Part shown: piece after piece, positions 49,551-63,825 of the stretch
Numbering within the stretch: the stretch's first letter is position 1
Layout: each line of letters begins with the position of its first letter
Notes under the pieces: generated by a model
Told to the model about the DNA's origin: nothing
Databases searched by the model: none
What the model saw: only the letters and a program-made list of their open reading frames with translations
Translations under genes and position numbers: made by a program
DNA from: Eledone cirrhosa
Lineage: Eukaryota
Assembly (NCBI GenBank): GCA_964016885.1
Contig: OZ024756.1
Span: 17,112,001 to 17,176,000, forward strand
Direction of reading: 5' to 3'
Length of the DNA stretch: 64,000 nt

Positions 49551-49838
49551 TTGATGGCAGTGAAGGTAGTGATGATGATGGTGGTAGTGGTGGTGGTGAT
49601 GGTAGAATTGATGGCAGTGAAGATGGTGATGGTGGTGGGATTGATGGCAGTGAAGGTGGTGGTGATGATGATGATGATGATGATGGTGGTGGGATTGATG
49701 GCAGTGAAGGTGGTGATAATGATGATGGTGGTGGGATTGATGGTGGTGAAGGTGGTGATGATGATGGTGATGGTGGTGGGATTGATGGCGGTGAAGGTGA
49801 TGATGATAATAGCAGCAAATCTTTGAAAATAGAATTAC

Positions 49839-49994
49839 CTGCAGGAGTATGTGTGATGAAGGTTGAGAAGTTTGACCGTCTAGATGTCCTTGTGATCTTC
49901 CACTGGCCTGAATTTCAGGCAGAATTTCTGTTGGAACAGAATCACTGCTGCTTATTGGTGGACATTCCGTGGAAATATCCAATGATTTGTATGC
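49839..49994 (-). CDS. cic: capicua exon
   Basis: ctttcag|GCA...CTGCAG|gtaatt. 156 nt, open, phase 0-0, fits both neighbours. Reads [13 protein letters not shown]...HILLQ. Confidence 0.8.
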
Positions 49995-50094
49995 CTGAAA
50001 GATATAGTAAAAGTCTGGCATAAGACCTGTCTTTTCATTGCTAGAATGGAATACTCTTTTTACTACAACTATCGCTGTACAAGCACCCATCACC

Positions 50095-50310
50095 ACTCAT
50101 CATCATCATCATTCGTCGACTACTGTCGAGATGATGGATCTCACTCTCATGCCCCAGAATTCCCTGTCCCCCATCGCCGCGCCCAGGTCCTGTCTACTGA
50201 TTCCCGTATCCCTAGAGATAACGTCAGGGAATGACAGCTTCCTACTCCTAGTCAGGCTGGAGTCAGGGTTCCAGAGCAAGAGAGCGGATATGATTTCATT
50301 GCTGGCACGG
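50095..50310 (-). mobile_element. RTE-like LINE 3' end
   Basis: RLTRSRKLSFPDVISRDTGISRQDLGAAMGDREFW, followed by a (GAT)n tail. Confidence 0.65.
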
Positions 50311-50499
50311 TGACAGTGGCCAGCAAATTGAGCTCTCCATCACCACTACTACTACCACTACCATCATCACATCTACTACTACAACTATCACTGATACAGG
50401 CACCCACTACCACCACCACCACTCCTACCGCTACCATCATCATACCTACTACTACAACTATTGCTGCAGCTGGCACCCAGCAGGGCTACACATTCTGAG

Positions 50500-51590
50500 T
50501 GAGGCTGGGGTGATTTGAATTTAGAAAGCAAAGGGATGTAACTAAATACCACAAAGCAGTTTGTCTGACACTAACTAGTGATAGCTAATCTAGCACCCTA
50601 CTACCTAATAATAAAAAATTATAATATAAGCACAAGGCCAGAAATCTGTGGTTGGGGAGTTAGTGACATACTTTGACCTCAGTACTTGACTGGTAAATTA
50701 TAATTGTTTCTAATTTTGGCACAAGGCCAATAATTTGAAAGGAAAGGGAAAGTTGATTTAATCAACCCCAGTGTTTTACTGGTACTTTATTTTATCAACC
50801 CCATAAGGATGAAAGGCAAATCTAACTGCAGCGGGATCTGAAATCAGAATGTAATAATAATTGTTTCTACTTTTGGCACAAGGCCAGCAATTAACCAGTG
50901 TATTACTGGTACTTTATTTTATCGACCCCATAAGGATGAAAGGCAAAGTTAACATCGGCGGGATTTTAACATAAGAATGGCAAGGCGTCAAAGCATGGCG
51001 TCCGACCCTCTACCGATACTGCCAATCCACCGCAATAATAATAATAATTTCTAATTTTGACACAAGCCAACAATTTGTTGGGGAGGGGAAAGTTGATTAC
51101 ATCGACCCCAGTATTTGACTGGTATTTTATTTTATCAGCCTCACAATAATGAAAGTATAATGATGATGATATAACAACATATATAATGATTATAACTAAA
51201 CCACGTTATTGATGAATTAAAAGCAAAATAAAGGAGACAACATATATAAGAAAGCAGAAGCTATTTTCTGTCTCTCTTCCATTTTACGTGAAGGCACGTG
51301 ACCTAGTGGTAAGGGTATTAGACATACGATCGTAATGTTGTGGGTTTGATTCCTGGGTTGCGTGTTATGTTCTTGAGCAAAATACTTCATTTCATGTTGC
51401 TCCAGTATACTCAGCTGAAAATGAGTACCAGCAATAGCTAGGGGTTTAACCCTGCAATGGACTGGCATCCTGTCCAGGGGAAAGTCTAGTCCTCTCAGTC
51501 GCTCCACATTATGAAACCGGGATAAGCACCGGCTTAACGCACTGCTTGCAGCGCACGAGGGAATGCATGCTCCCATTTTACAGTGATTTG
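50500..51590. mobile_element. SINE cluster: family B copies on minus (50500-51150) and a tRNA-headed SINE on plus (about 51290-51590)
   Basis: Family B cores; head GGCACGTGACCTAGTGGTAAGGG...GGTTTGATTCC. Confidence 0.75.
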
Positions 51591-51640
51591 CTTCCACTCC
51601 ACAACAGAGATTATCAGATTATCAGAGCTAAATGACATAC

Positions 51641-53190
51641 CTTTTTGTCTCCTTTTAGTTTCATGCTGCTGCCATCTGCTGCCATCTCCTTGTAACGCTT
51701 GCCCTTACAAGACCGCTGTTGCCGCTGTTCAAGTTCAGAGTCTTTCGGGTCATTTTCTATCTGGGTTGACATGTGGGGCTGATTGGTCTCATGAACCCAG
51801 CTACGGTCTGGTATATCAGCAACATCAATACTATGCTGCCGAACTAAGCACGGTTTCCGTTGCTGACATCCAGACAGAGGCTGGTGATCGAGGCTGGCAT
51901 GACGTGAGAAGGCTGGTATAAAACGGTCAAGACTAGGATGGCGAACGACATTTGACTTGTGTTCAGCCGTTGCATACTTGTCAACAGTCAGCTGATGCTG
52001 CTCACTGCTAATTTGTCCTTCAAGACTCGGCTGTCGATCTAAATTTGACTGCTGCTCCTTACTCGACTGACGTTCCAAATTCGACTGGTGGCCGTATGCA
52101 ACTTGCCACTCTTTATGAGACTGATATTCCAAGTTAGACTGGCAATCGGAGGTACTGTTTGAACGGTCGATGACGCTTGCTACATGTTCGACACTCATTT
52201 TGCGTTCCATCGGAGGTTGCCGTTCCATTTGGCACATGTGCTCTATGTTGCTCGGGTGGTCAACACTTGCCCGCCGCTCCAGTTTTGTTCGTCGCTCCAG
52301 GTTGGCTTGCTGTTCCAGGCTCGACTGTCGTTCCAATGTTGATTGTTTCTCAACACTCTGGCTCCGTTCCAGAGCAGATTGACGATCGACAGTTTTCTGG
52401 TGGTCAAGGCTTGACTGGCGCTCGATACTTGCTTGACGGTCTATTACTGTTTGACGGTCAATGCTAGGTTGACGGTCCATTGCTGTTTGACGGTCAATGC
52501 TAGACTGCCGGTCCATCACAGTTTGGCGGTCAATGCTAGACTGACGGTCCATCACTGTTTGACGGTCAATGCTAGGTTGACGATCCATTGCCGTTTGACG
52601 ATCAATGCTAGGTTGACGGTCCATCACCGTTTGACGATCAATATTAGACTGACGGTCCATCGCCGTTTGACGGTCAATACTAGACTGACGGTCCATCAGT
52701 GTTTGACGGTCAATACTAGACTGACGGTCCATCACGGTTTGTCGGTCAGTGCTAGATTGACGCTCTGTGGCTATTTGCCGGTCAATACTAGATTGACGTT
52801 CCATAACCATTTGCCGGTCCATTACTGTTTGACGATCCATACTAGATTGACGTTCTATAGTTGCCAGGCGGTCAATGGCTGTTTGACGGTCGATGCTTGA
52901 TTGACGCTCAATACTGGACTGATGCTCAAAACTCGGAGGAGGGTCCATATTAGATTGCCGATCTAAACTGGTTTGGCGAATTAAAGTCGATTTTCTTTCT
53001 TGATTTTGCTGCCGGTCAAGACTAGCGTGTCGGCTGAGGGGAGTATGTCTGTGATTGGGTGGCGTAACCGAGTTTGTAGCAGCAAAGGAGACAGATTTTT
53101 CGGTACGAGTATTCACTTCAGCAGTAGTTGTAATAGGTGTTGCTTGGACAATGGGGACGTGAGACATGGTTGTAGAGGCATTGATAAAAG
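51641..53190 (-). CDS. cic: capicua large exon (1550 nt) with a DRQxx hexapeptide repeat
   Basis: ttctttcag|CT...AAAAAG|gtatgt. Open for 516 codons, phase 1-0, compatible with neighbours. Contains [11 protein letters not shown]. Confidence 0.88.
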
Positions 53191-53412
53191 CTGAAAGAAA
53201 AAGAAAAATTGCAGAATTAAGTGTAATTTCAAAATCTCAAATGAAGGAGTCAGTCAAAAAAAAGAAATACAAATTTAAGATTCCACTTGGATTTTAATGA
53301 GGGATGCATTAAACTTTTTGAAACCAACCTGCCTTGAAATTATGATTGTCCCAAAAATCAATGTAATCTATATATAAATTTGAACGACTTCTGTCTGTCC
53401 ATCCATCTTTCC

Positions 53413-54890
53413 GTCACACACTAGAGATGACTGAGGAAGGAAGGGGTGATAGCGTCACACACTAGAGATGACTGAGGAAGGAAGGGGTGATGACGTCACA
53501 CACTAGAGATGACTGAGGAAGGAAGGGGTGATGACGTCACACACTAGAGATGACTGAGGAAGGAAGGGGTGATGACATCACACACTAGAGTTGACTGAGG
53601 AAGGAAGGGGTGATGACGTCACACACTAGAGATGACTGAGGAAGGAAGGAGTGATGAAGTCACAATCTAGAGATGACTGAGGAAGGAAGGGGTGATGACG
53701 TCACAAACTAGAGATGACTGAGGAAGGAAGGGGTGATGACATCACACACTAGAGATGACTGAGGAAGGAAGGAGTGATGAAGTCACAATCTAGAGATGAC
53801 TGAGGAAGGAAGGGGTGATGACGTCACACACTGGAGATGACTGAGGAAGGAAGGGGTGATGACATCACAAACTAGAGATGACTGAGGAAGGAAGGGGTGA
53901 TGACGTCACACACTAGAGTTGACTGAGGAAGGAAGGGGTGATGACGTCACACACTAGAGATGACTGAGGAAGGAAGGAGTGATGAAGTCACAATCTAGAG
54001 ATGACTGAGGAAGGAAGGGGTGATGACGTCACACACTAGAGTTGACTGAGGAAGGAAGGGGTGATGACGTCACACACTAGAGATGACTGAGGAAGGAAGG
54101 GGTGATGATATCACACACTAGAGATGACTGAGGAAGGAAGGGGTGATGACGTCACAAACTAGAGATGACTGAGGAAGGAAGGGGTGATGGCGTCACACAC
54201 TAATGATGACTGAAGAAGGAAGGGTGATGACGTCACACACTAGAGTTGACTGAGGAAGGAAGGGGTGATGACATCACACACTAGAGATGACTGAGGAAGG
54301 AAGGAGTGATGAAGTCACAATCTAGAGATGACTGAGGAAGGAAGGGGTGATGATGCCACACACTAGAGTTGACTGAGGAAGGAAGGGGTGATGATGCCAC
54401 ACACTAGAGATGACTGAGGAAGGAAGGGGTGATGAAGTCACAATCTAGAGATGACTGAGGAAGGAAGGGGTGATGATGCCACACACTAGAGATGACTGAG
54501 GAAGGAAGGGGTGATGATGTCACACACTAGAGATGACTGAGGAAGGAAGGGGTGATGATGCCACACACTAGAGATGACTGAGGAAGGAAGGGGTGATGAT
54601 GTCACACACTAGAGATGACTGAGGAAGGAAGGGGTGATGAAGTCACAATCTAGAGATGACTGAGGAAGGAAGGGGTGATGATGCCACACACTAGAGATGA
54701 CTGAGGAAGGAAGGGGTGATGACGTCACACACTAGAGATGACTGAGAAAAGAAGAGGTAATGACGACACAAACTAGAGATGACGGAGAAAGGAACGGGTG
54801 ATGACGTCACACACTAGAGATGACTGAGGAAGGAAGGGGTAATGGCGTCACACACTAGAGATGACTGAGGAAGGAAGGAAGGGGTGATGA
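53413..54890. repeat. 41-bp intronic minisatellite, about 36 units
   Basis: Unit GTCACACACTAGAGATGACTGAGGAAGGAAGGGGTGATGAC. Confidence 0.97.
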
Positions 54891-55289
54891 CAAACCACAG
54901 AAAACATCATCTAACATTCGCTATACTTGTGTGTACAATCTATATATAAATTTGAGCAACTTACTTTGTAAGTGTGTTTGTGTCTGTGTTTATAATAATA
55001 TACTCATACACACATCAGCGTGTTGAAAAAAAAATCTAGTAATTACAAAATACCTCCAAATACTTGATTTCTTTCAAAATTAAACAAATATAAAAATAGT
55101 CATGAAAAAGTTAATATTAATAAAAAAATTCTAGAAAGAACACAGAATTCAGCAAATAAATTTGAGGGTAAGATAATGGACCAGATAGCCTCAAGTTCAA
55201 ATCTTACTACAAATATATACTACTCCTACTCTACAACTGAGTTAATAACAATACAGGAGTTGATCAACAGGATCCCAGGCATCATTTGC

Positions 55290-55735
55290 TTAACGAGTAG
55301 AATGGATCTCATCAAATCGGACCAAGTAAACAATGTTTTCATTGGTCTTTCAAATTGCTAATATTATCTACCAGTTGCAAATTCAGGCAAGAGTAGTAAT
55401 GTGAAATACAGTGTCTTGCTCAAGTACATAACACATCTGGGAATTGAGCTCACAACCTCATGATTGCGAATCCTATTCTCTAACCACTCAGCCATGCGCC
55501 TTCACAAAATAATGGTTTCTTATATAGGCACAAGGCTAGTAATCTGCGGGGAGGGGAAAGTCGATTAAATCGACCCCAGTGCGTGACTGGTACTTTATTT
55601 TATCGACCCCATAAGGATGAAAGGCAAAGTTAACCTCGACGGGATTTGAACTCAGATCATAAAGAGCCATAACTCTATGCTGCAAAGCATGGCGTCCGAC
55701 CCTCTACCAATACTGCCAATCCACTGCCTTCACAA
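55290..55735 (-). mobile_element. Two adjacent SINEs (tRNA-headed, about 55290-55503; family B, about 55512-55735)
   Basis: Reverse-complemented tRNA-like heads; GCCTTCACAAAATAAT duplicated around the second element. Confidence 0.8.
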
Positions 55736-55995
55736 AATAATAACAATAAGGGACTAGCTGTTGTGTTGTGTCCCTAGGTTGGGCTTATAGCTGAAACTGT
55801 CACATTAATACTATTTCCCTATTAAGCGTTAAACTAATATATATTACCATTGTACTGTAGTGTTCTACAATGTTTTTCCTTGTTGACTTTTTGCATATAT
55901 CAAGAACAGAGTGAGGGGGTAGAGACAACAGAAAAACGACTGAAACACAGGAAAGTCCCTCTTCTCATCAGTTGACTGTTGTAAGTGGAATCCCA

Positions 55996-56716
<721 letters not shown>

Positions 56717-56973
56717 TCATAAATGTGGCATGCACACACACATATACATACAATGGGTGCATGTATATATATACACACACACATACATACACAGATATAT
56801 ACATACAAGGGCATATATATATATACATATACACACACAATAGAGGCATGTATATACACACACACACACATACACACACATATATATATACAAGGGCATA
56901 TATATACACACACACACACACACGATAGAGGCATGTTTATACACACACATACATACAATGGGTGCATGTATAT

Positions 56974-57018
<45 letters not shown>

Positions 57019-57211
57019 CAATAAGGGCATATATATATATACGATAGAGGCATGTATATTTACACACACACACACACATACACATACATACAATAGAGGC
57101 ATCACACACCTTTGGTACACATATAATACTGAAGCATGATGGTGATGATGATGATAGTGGTGATGATGATGATGATGGTGGTGATGATGGTGTAAGAAAA
57201 GTTTATTCCTA

Positions 57212-57610
<399 letters not shown>

Positions 57611-58116
57611 TCAATGAAAGAGATGTACACAAGTTAGTTAAAGATATATAGATTGGCAGTAGCACTAAGATAGAGTTAAGCATAATAAAGAAAGTATAAT
57701 ATGAAAGTATATATATATATATATAATTCGTTTTCGAATTTGTTTTGCGAGATTTCTTATCTGAAAACGTGTGTTGAAACAGATATTGTTATACTTTGGG
57801 AGGGTCATGTTGCCAATAAAAACACATGCACCTGTTGGTTTTCACTTCAATTTATTATAAGTTTCCGGTTGGTTTGTTGGTTGGATAACTGGAAGGTTGT
57901 TTATATATTGTCAAAGCTCTTTCATCACACATTCTGTGACCTCCTCATACATTAAATATTGATTTATAGTCATTTCGTCCCTTATTGGGACTAGGATTTT
58001 GTACACATGCTTGTTTGAAAAATCTTTCAAGGAAGTATGTATTATTATAATAAGTATGTTTATTATAATAAATTACTGTATTTTGAGTTGTTTTAACTTC
58101 TCTACCTACCTCTTTA

Positions 58117-58170
<54 letters not shown>

Positions 58171-58200
58171 AAAGAATAGAGGTGTAACACACGAGTTGTG

Positions 58201-58573
58201 ATATATTGGTAAAAGGAAAAGAAAATGCTGACAAATTGTTCCCAGTGAAAAATAGTTTAATTAGGAATAAGCAAAAATTAGTAATAAGTATTGGTTAGTA
58301 TTCAGTTTTAAGTTTTTACCGGTTGGGCATTTCTAATGCTTTTCAAAAATAATTTTGAGATAGAGCGCCCGTGATGTTTGCTCTAATCTGGAGCAAACAT
58401 CACGGGCGCTCTATCTTAAAATTATTTTTGAAAAGCATTAGAAATGCGCAACCGGTAAAAACTTAAAACTAAATACTAACCAATACTTATTACTAATTTT
58501 TACTTATTCCTAATTAAACTATTTTTCACTGGGAACAATTTGTCAGCATTTTCTTTTCCTTTTACCAATATAT
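58201..58573. repeat. Near-perfect palindrome, 183-bp arms, 7-nt loop
   Basis: 58201-58383 is the reverse complement of 58391-58573, with about four mismatches by eye. Confidence 0.97.
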
Positions 58574-58593
58574 ATATATATATATATATATAT

Positions 58594-58835
58594 TAAATGT
58601 AATCTGAGGTTTTCGAATATTAATAATAACATTCGATTCGTTTGCAATTTTGCAAACAAGCCTCAATTTTATAGCCATGTCAGTAGAATGAAGTGTTCTT
58701 GTGTTGGCTTGCGAACACAAGAGCAAGAATGAAGTGTTCTTTCTACTGATATGGCTATAAAATTGAGGCTTGTTTGCAAAATTGCAAACGATTCGAATGT
58801 TATTATTAATATTCTAAAAACTCAGATTACATTTA
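58594..58835. repeat. Inverted repeat, about 95-bp arms
   Basis: 58594-58688 pairs with 58741-58835; the spacer holds a small hairpin and a direct repeat of AGAATGAAGTGTTCTT. Confidence 0.92.
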
Positions 58836-59971
58836 TTGTATTCAGCCATGTAGAGCAAAATTTTCTTTTTTATATATATATATATTATATAATGTGGAAA
58901 GAGATATAAGGCTAAACAATGCAAAATAGACAATAAGATGAAGGTAACAAAAAATTTAGTTACCTGGTAATCTTTGTTTGTTTTTATTGCTGTTGTTTCT
59001 TTTGTCCTAATATTTCAGGACTATATATAAACATATATACTATATGTTTATATGCAAAAAGCTCTCATGCATTTTTTATATATAAACATATAGTATATGC
59101 TTTCATATACACCCCTATAGACATTGACATAAACACATACACATGTAGATAAACATAAGCATACATACAAACACACACATACTTACATATATAAATGCAA
59201 CCATACATATACATGTATTCATATATACATATGTAAATACAGATATATACACAAACACACACAACAATATATATCCATGCATAAAAATGTAAATAATAAT
59301 GTTTCTACTTTTGGCACAAGGCCAGCAATTACCCCAGTGTATTACTGGTGCTTTATTTATAATAATAATGATTTGTACTTGAAAGGAAGAGGAAAGTCAA
59401 TTAAATCGACCCCAGTGTTTACTGGTGCTTTATTTTATCAACCCCGTAAGGATGAAAGGCAAAGCTTACCTCAACGGAATTTGAACTCAGTGTGTAAAGG
59501 GCCGTAACTCCATGCTGCAAAGCATGGTGTCTGATACTTTACCGATGCCGCCAATCCACCAAAGACAAATAATATATATAAAATATATAATTAGTCAGGT
59601 TCAAATATTAAAACAAAATATTTGAATATATAACATAAAGTCAAATATTTTTCATCCTCTTAAAAAGGAATAAAATAAATAGAATTTCATGAAGAATGCC
59701 AAACCAACTAGAAACAAATACATTGTTTTAATATTTGAACCTGACTAGTTACTATGGTAATTTCCACATATGCTGCATATATTTTATACATATTATTTCT
59801 CTTGTTATATACTATATCTTTATATAATAGTCTACTCTTGTAATATCACACAACATATATCAATCTAACTATACAAAAAACTAATCAACAACAGTAAGTC
59901 ATAATGACATAGAAATTGTAACTCAACCTATAGTCTTGCACGGCTTCTTATAAAATTTCATCTTCATAATA

Positions 59972-60350
59972 TGGAGGCACATGGCTTAGTGGTTAGAGCA
60001 TTGGGCTTGCAATCGAAAGGTTGTTAGTTCAATTCTCAGACCGGGTGATGTGTTGTTTCCTTGAGCAAGACACTTTATTTCACATTGCTCCAGTTTATTT
60101 AGCTGTAGAAATGAGATGATAGGGACCCCAGTCCCTATCATTCTACTGCAAAGTGGTTGTGGAGGTGTCACAGCAAAAAAGCACCCAGCCCACACTGTAA
60201 AGTGGACATGTAGGCGCCACGGAAAAAAAGCACCCAGCACTCACTGTAAATGAGGTTGGTGTTAGGAAGGGCATCCAGCTGTAGAAATCAAGCCAGAATC
60301 AGTTCCTGTCCCACCCTTGCAAACAGGGAAAAGCGGACGTAAAATGATGA
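59972..60350 (+). mobile_element. SINE family A, full length, with an internal duplicated segment
   Basis: Near-identical to 689-1032, plus the extra unit also seen in the LINE 3'UTR at 2960-3045. Confidence 0.9.
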
Positions 60351-60778
60351 TAAATATACCTTTCGAATCTAACTGATTGCTTTACACTAACTGTTTTTGA
60401 TATTGATTTTTTGTTCTTGAAACCTTGTGAGATTGGTAAACCTTATTTTTTGTTCTTTATAACATTCCTGAGGCTATACAGATTATAATATGTGTGGTGT
60501 AGTTAATTGTTAAGTAATAATTTCCAGTTGTTCTGCAAATACATGTAGCATTGTAACTGAATTGAAGCAGACATAGAAATAAATGTAAGTTTATAACCAT
60601 GATTTTTTTCTAATATTGAATATCAATGCTCTGTTACCTGAACAGTCCTTTACAACAGGATATTTAACTGTTGATAGCTTAATTGTCTGTTTTAAACTCC
60701 TGACGAACTGACGATTGGAATGTGCATAGAGCTTCTCTCATCTTACCAAAGATAATAGTGAAGTACTACACTATAATC

Positions 60779-60830
<52 letters not shown>

Positions 60831-61002
60831 ATTATAACTGAATTGAAACAGACGTAGAAATAAAGGAATAAATGTAAGTTTGTAACTTTGATTTTTTTCT
60901 AATATTGAACATATACCCACCCCCCTCCAAAATATATACACACTTTGATTACCTGTACAGGCAATATTTATTAGAATGCTGTTGAAGTGTGACACCCTGT
61001 AT

Positions 61003-61052
<50 letters not shown>

Positions 61053-61144
61053 TATATGCAAAAGTTTTATTTAAAAGTGTTGGGTTACAACGAGTAAATA
61101 TTTTATAACTGATATAAAAGCACTCAACAGATTTTGGAGTATTT

Positions 61145-61414
61145 TACGATATAAAACAAATGGAAACTACATTTATAAAACCATATTTATTTCACTATAT
61201 ATATTTCAGGGATATCATATTAAAAATATGGTATGCCCTCTACAGATAAAATACAATATATAAACAGTTTTATAAATAAATTTGACAAAAACTGTTTATA
61301 TATTGTATTTTATCTGAAGAGGGCATACCATATTTTTAATATGATATCCCTGAAATATATATAGTGAAATAAATATGGTTTTATAAATGTAGTTTCCATT
61401 TGTTTTATATCGTA
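61145..61414. repeat. Near-perfect fold-back (about 127-bp arms) containing two hammerhead copies
   Basis: 61145-61271 pairs with 61288-61414; the one clear mismatch falls in the ribozyme core. Confidence 0.95.
61306..61371 (+). ncRNA. Type I hammerhead ribozyme, core intact
   Basis: TATTTTAT CTGAAGA GGGCATACCATATT-TTT-AATATGATATCCCT GAAA-T-ATAT-A-TA GTGAAATA. Triplet AUA, predicted cleavage after 61363. Confidence 0.8.
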
Positions 61415-62174
61415 TATATATATCTTATATATAATTGTTTCTACGTTAGGCACAAGGCCAGCAATTACCCTGTACATTACTGGTACTTTATTTTATCGAC
61501 CCCGTAAGGATGAAAGGCAAAGTTATAATGATTAGAGGCCTGCGAGACTGTGTCAGGGATATTTTTTCTGAACACGTTATTAAAATAAGTTGGATTACTT
61601 TGAATAAATCATGAATGAATATTATATTTATCTACTAAATTCCATAGCTCTTGATTAAACATAAATATTCTTATGCATTGCTTAATTTAAGATGCACTTC
61701 TTTCAAATTTTCAAATGTCTACACTTTCGGTTAGCGTTCGTACATTATATCACATCACTTCTATTATATCACATCACTTCTATAAACTTTCATATACTTG
61801 CATCGTTATATCCTAAGGTTTATATTTCTGTCGCTAATTTTCTCCTTCTTTGTTTTCATAATATTTTGCTGTAATCGAGTTTATATATAATATCATCTTT
61901 TTTAAATGTATCATGGAATACTTTACTGATTACATAAGAGAGTGTAACACAGTCTCCGTTCAAATTCTGTGCATATTGTCAATTAGGATTTTGTTTGACA
62001 TATTATATCTACACGCATGTATATTTGTGTATAATATCAATATGCACACTACACATGCTAGCAGAAAACCACCCGAAGGCTGGTTTTTCTGTTAGTATAT
62101 TTTATAAAGGAAACCAAACAAAACACAGGAAGCAAATTTACAATTATATTAGGTTCAATATGATCATTTTACTA

Positions 62175-62345
<171 letters not shown>

Positions 62346-62399
62346 TTAATATATTTGGAAAAGTATCTTAAATTACTGGATAAAGTGTGTAGCTATGAG

Positions 62400-62792
62400 A
62401 TCAGAGTCACTCCTACTTCTCCGAATTGAGAGAACAAAGTTCCGATACTATGAGCATGTAGTTAGAATGTCTCAGGAAAGAATTGATGGAGTCACTCCAG
62501 GTAGAGCCACAAATTCTCCGAATTGAGAGAACATAGCTCCGATACTATGAGCATGTAGTTAGAATGTCTCAGGAAATAATCACTGGACAGATTTATGGGC
62601 AAAACCAACTGGTAGGAGACCGAGGGGTAGACTCTGAGCAAGATGGTTGGATAACATCCCTGAGCTTAGCAGGTCTCACTTAGGGATCCAGCTTGATCAG
62701 TTGGAGACGGTTGCTTCTGATAGGACCCGCTGGATGGAGTGTTTGAGGACTCTGTTGCCACGACCTTCTCAGGAATAAGTGGATGAAGAAGT
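62400..62792 (+). mobile_element. RTE/Expander-like LINE 3' end with a tandem duplication at its 5' edge
   Basis: Homologous to 34040-34386; TTCTCCGAATTGAGAGAAC...GTCTCAGGAAA occurs twice. Confidence 0.8.
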
Positions 62793-63178
62793 CTTAACAT
62801 TTCTGATGTTAATTCTTCATTGGAAGATAGAAACAGAGAAAAGAGAATGTTTGAGAGAGAGGAAAAAGGAAGACAGACAAGAGTATTAAAAAAAAAAAGA
62901 AGGAAAATGTGTAGTTACAGGCCAGCCACTTTACATCCTGTACATGAGACATATGCTGGTTTTCCAAGTCAGATTTTTGTACAAAATACTGCAACTCATA
63001 CACAAATATATATAACTATGGATGGATTCCTGATGAGTATTGGGAGGTTACCACAGTTAAAAAAGGTGCTCAGTATGTTAGTAGAATGTAGGCATCTTTA
63101 TTTTATACAGAAATGACTTTTACAGGAATAGAACTGTTTCATTCGTATGAAATCATTGGGAAAGTCAGATAAAGTTAT

Positions 63179-63379
63179 TTAACCCTTTAGCATTCACATT
63201 ACTCTATATTTACTATTGTATTTTTGTTGTAAAGGCTTTATCTTACAAATCTACGAGATTTTGATATTTATTTTGAGAACAATACCTTAATATAAGTATG
63301 AGCAGCCAGTTACAGCTGGCTTGAAAAGAAAGAGGTGAGAGTGAGAGTATTCTGACCGGTTTAAATGCTAATGGGTTAA
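63179..63379. mobile_element. piggyBac-like MITE
   Basis: TTAA-CCCTTTAGCATT...AATGCTAATGGG-TTAA. Confidence 0.8.
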
Positions 63380-63825
63380 TAATTTCTTTGGGATTGGTGT
63401 TGAGAGGAGTAATGGAGGGGGAGTTGATATGATGGGGAGGGATGAGGAGAACGTGGCGCAGAAGACATGGATTGAAGGTGAAGTAGATGGAGGGAGAAGA
63501 AGAGGAAGGAGGAGGAGGAGAAGAAAAGTAGATAATAATGGAGGATGTAGGATAAGATATATACACACACTACCTTCTCCCCATCCTATCACCTCTCCCA
63601 ATACTCATCCCAAAGAAATTATAAATAATGGTACCAATTATATCTGATTAGTCCTGTAGAAGTCATTTCTGTATTATATATATATATATATATATTTATA
63701 ATTGGTGTTGGATGCTTAAAGTGTCCGTATGTGGTAGGCCGTTTGAGCACTCAATGCTCTCATAGAGCAGAGTATGACATCACAGAAAAAAAGAGAATCA
63801 GTGTTGCGACGAATGGAATTTATTG

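Noticed and set aside
48268-49826. Poly-M/V, poly-I/T and poly-H/S/P ORFs
   Set aside because: Translations of intronic GAT/GGT trinucleotide tracts.
58964-59006. 43-nt candidate microexon (tag|GACAAAAG...CCAG|gtaact) on the minus strand
   Set aside because: Weak polypyrimidine tract. After the phase-1 upstream exon it reads into TAA, so at most it is a poison exon, and there is no support for that.
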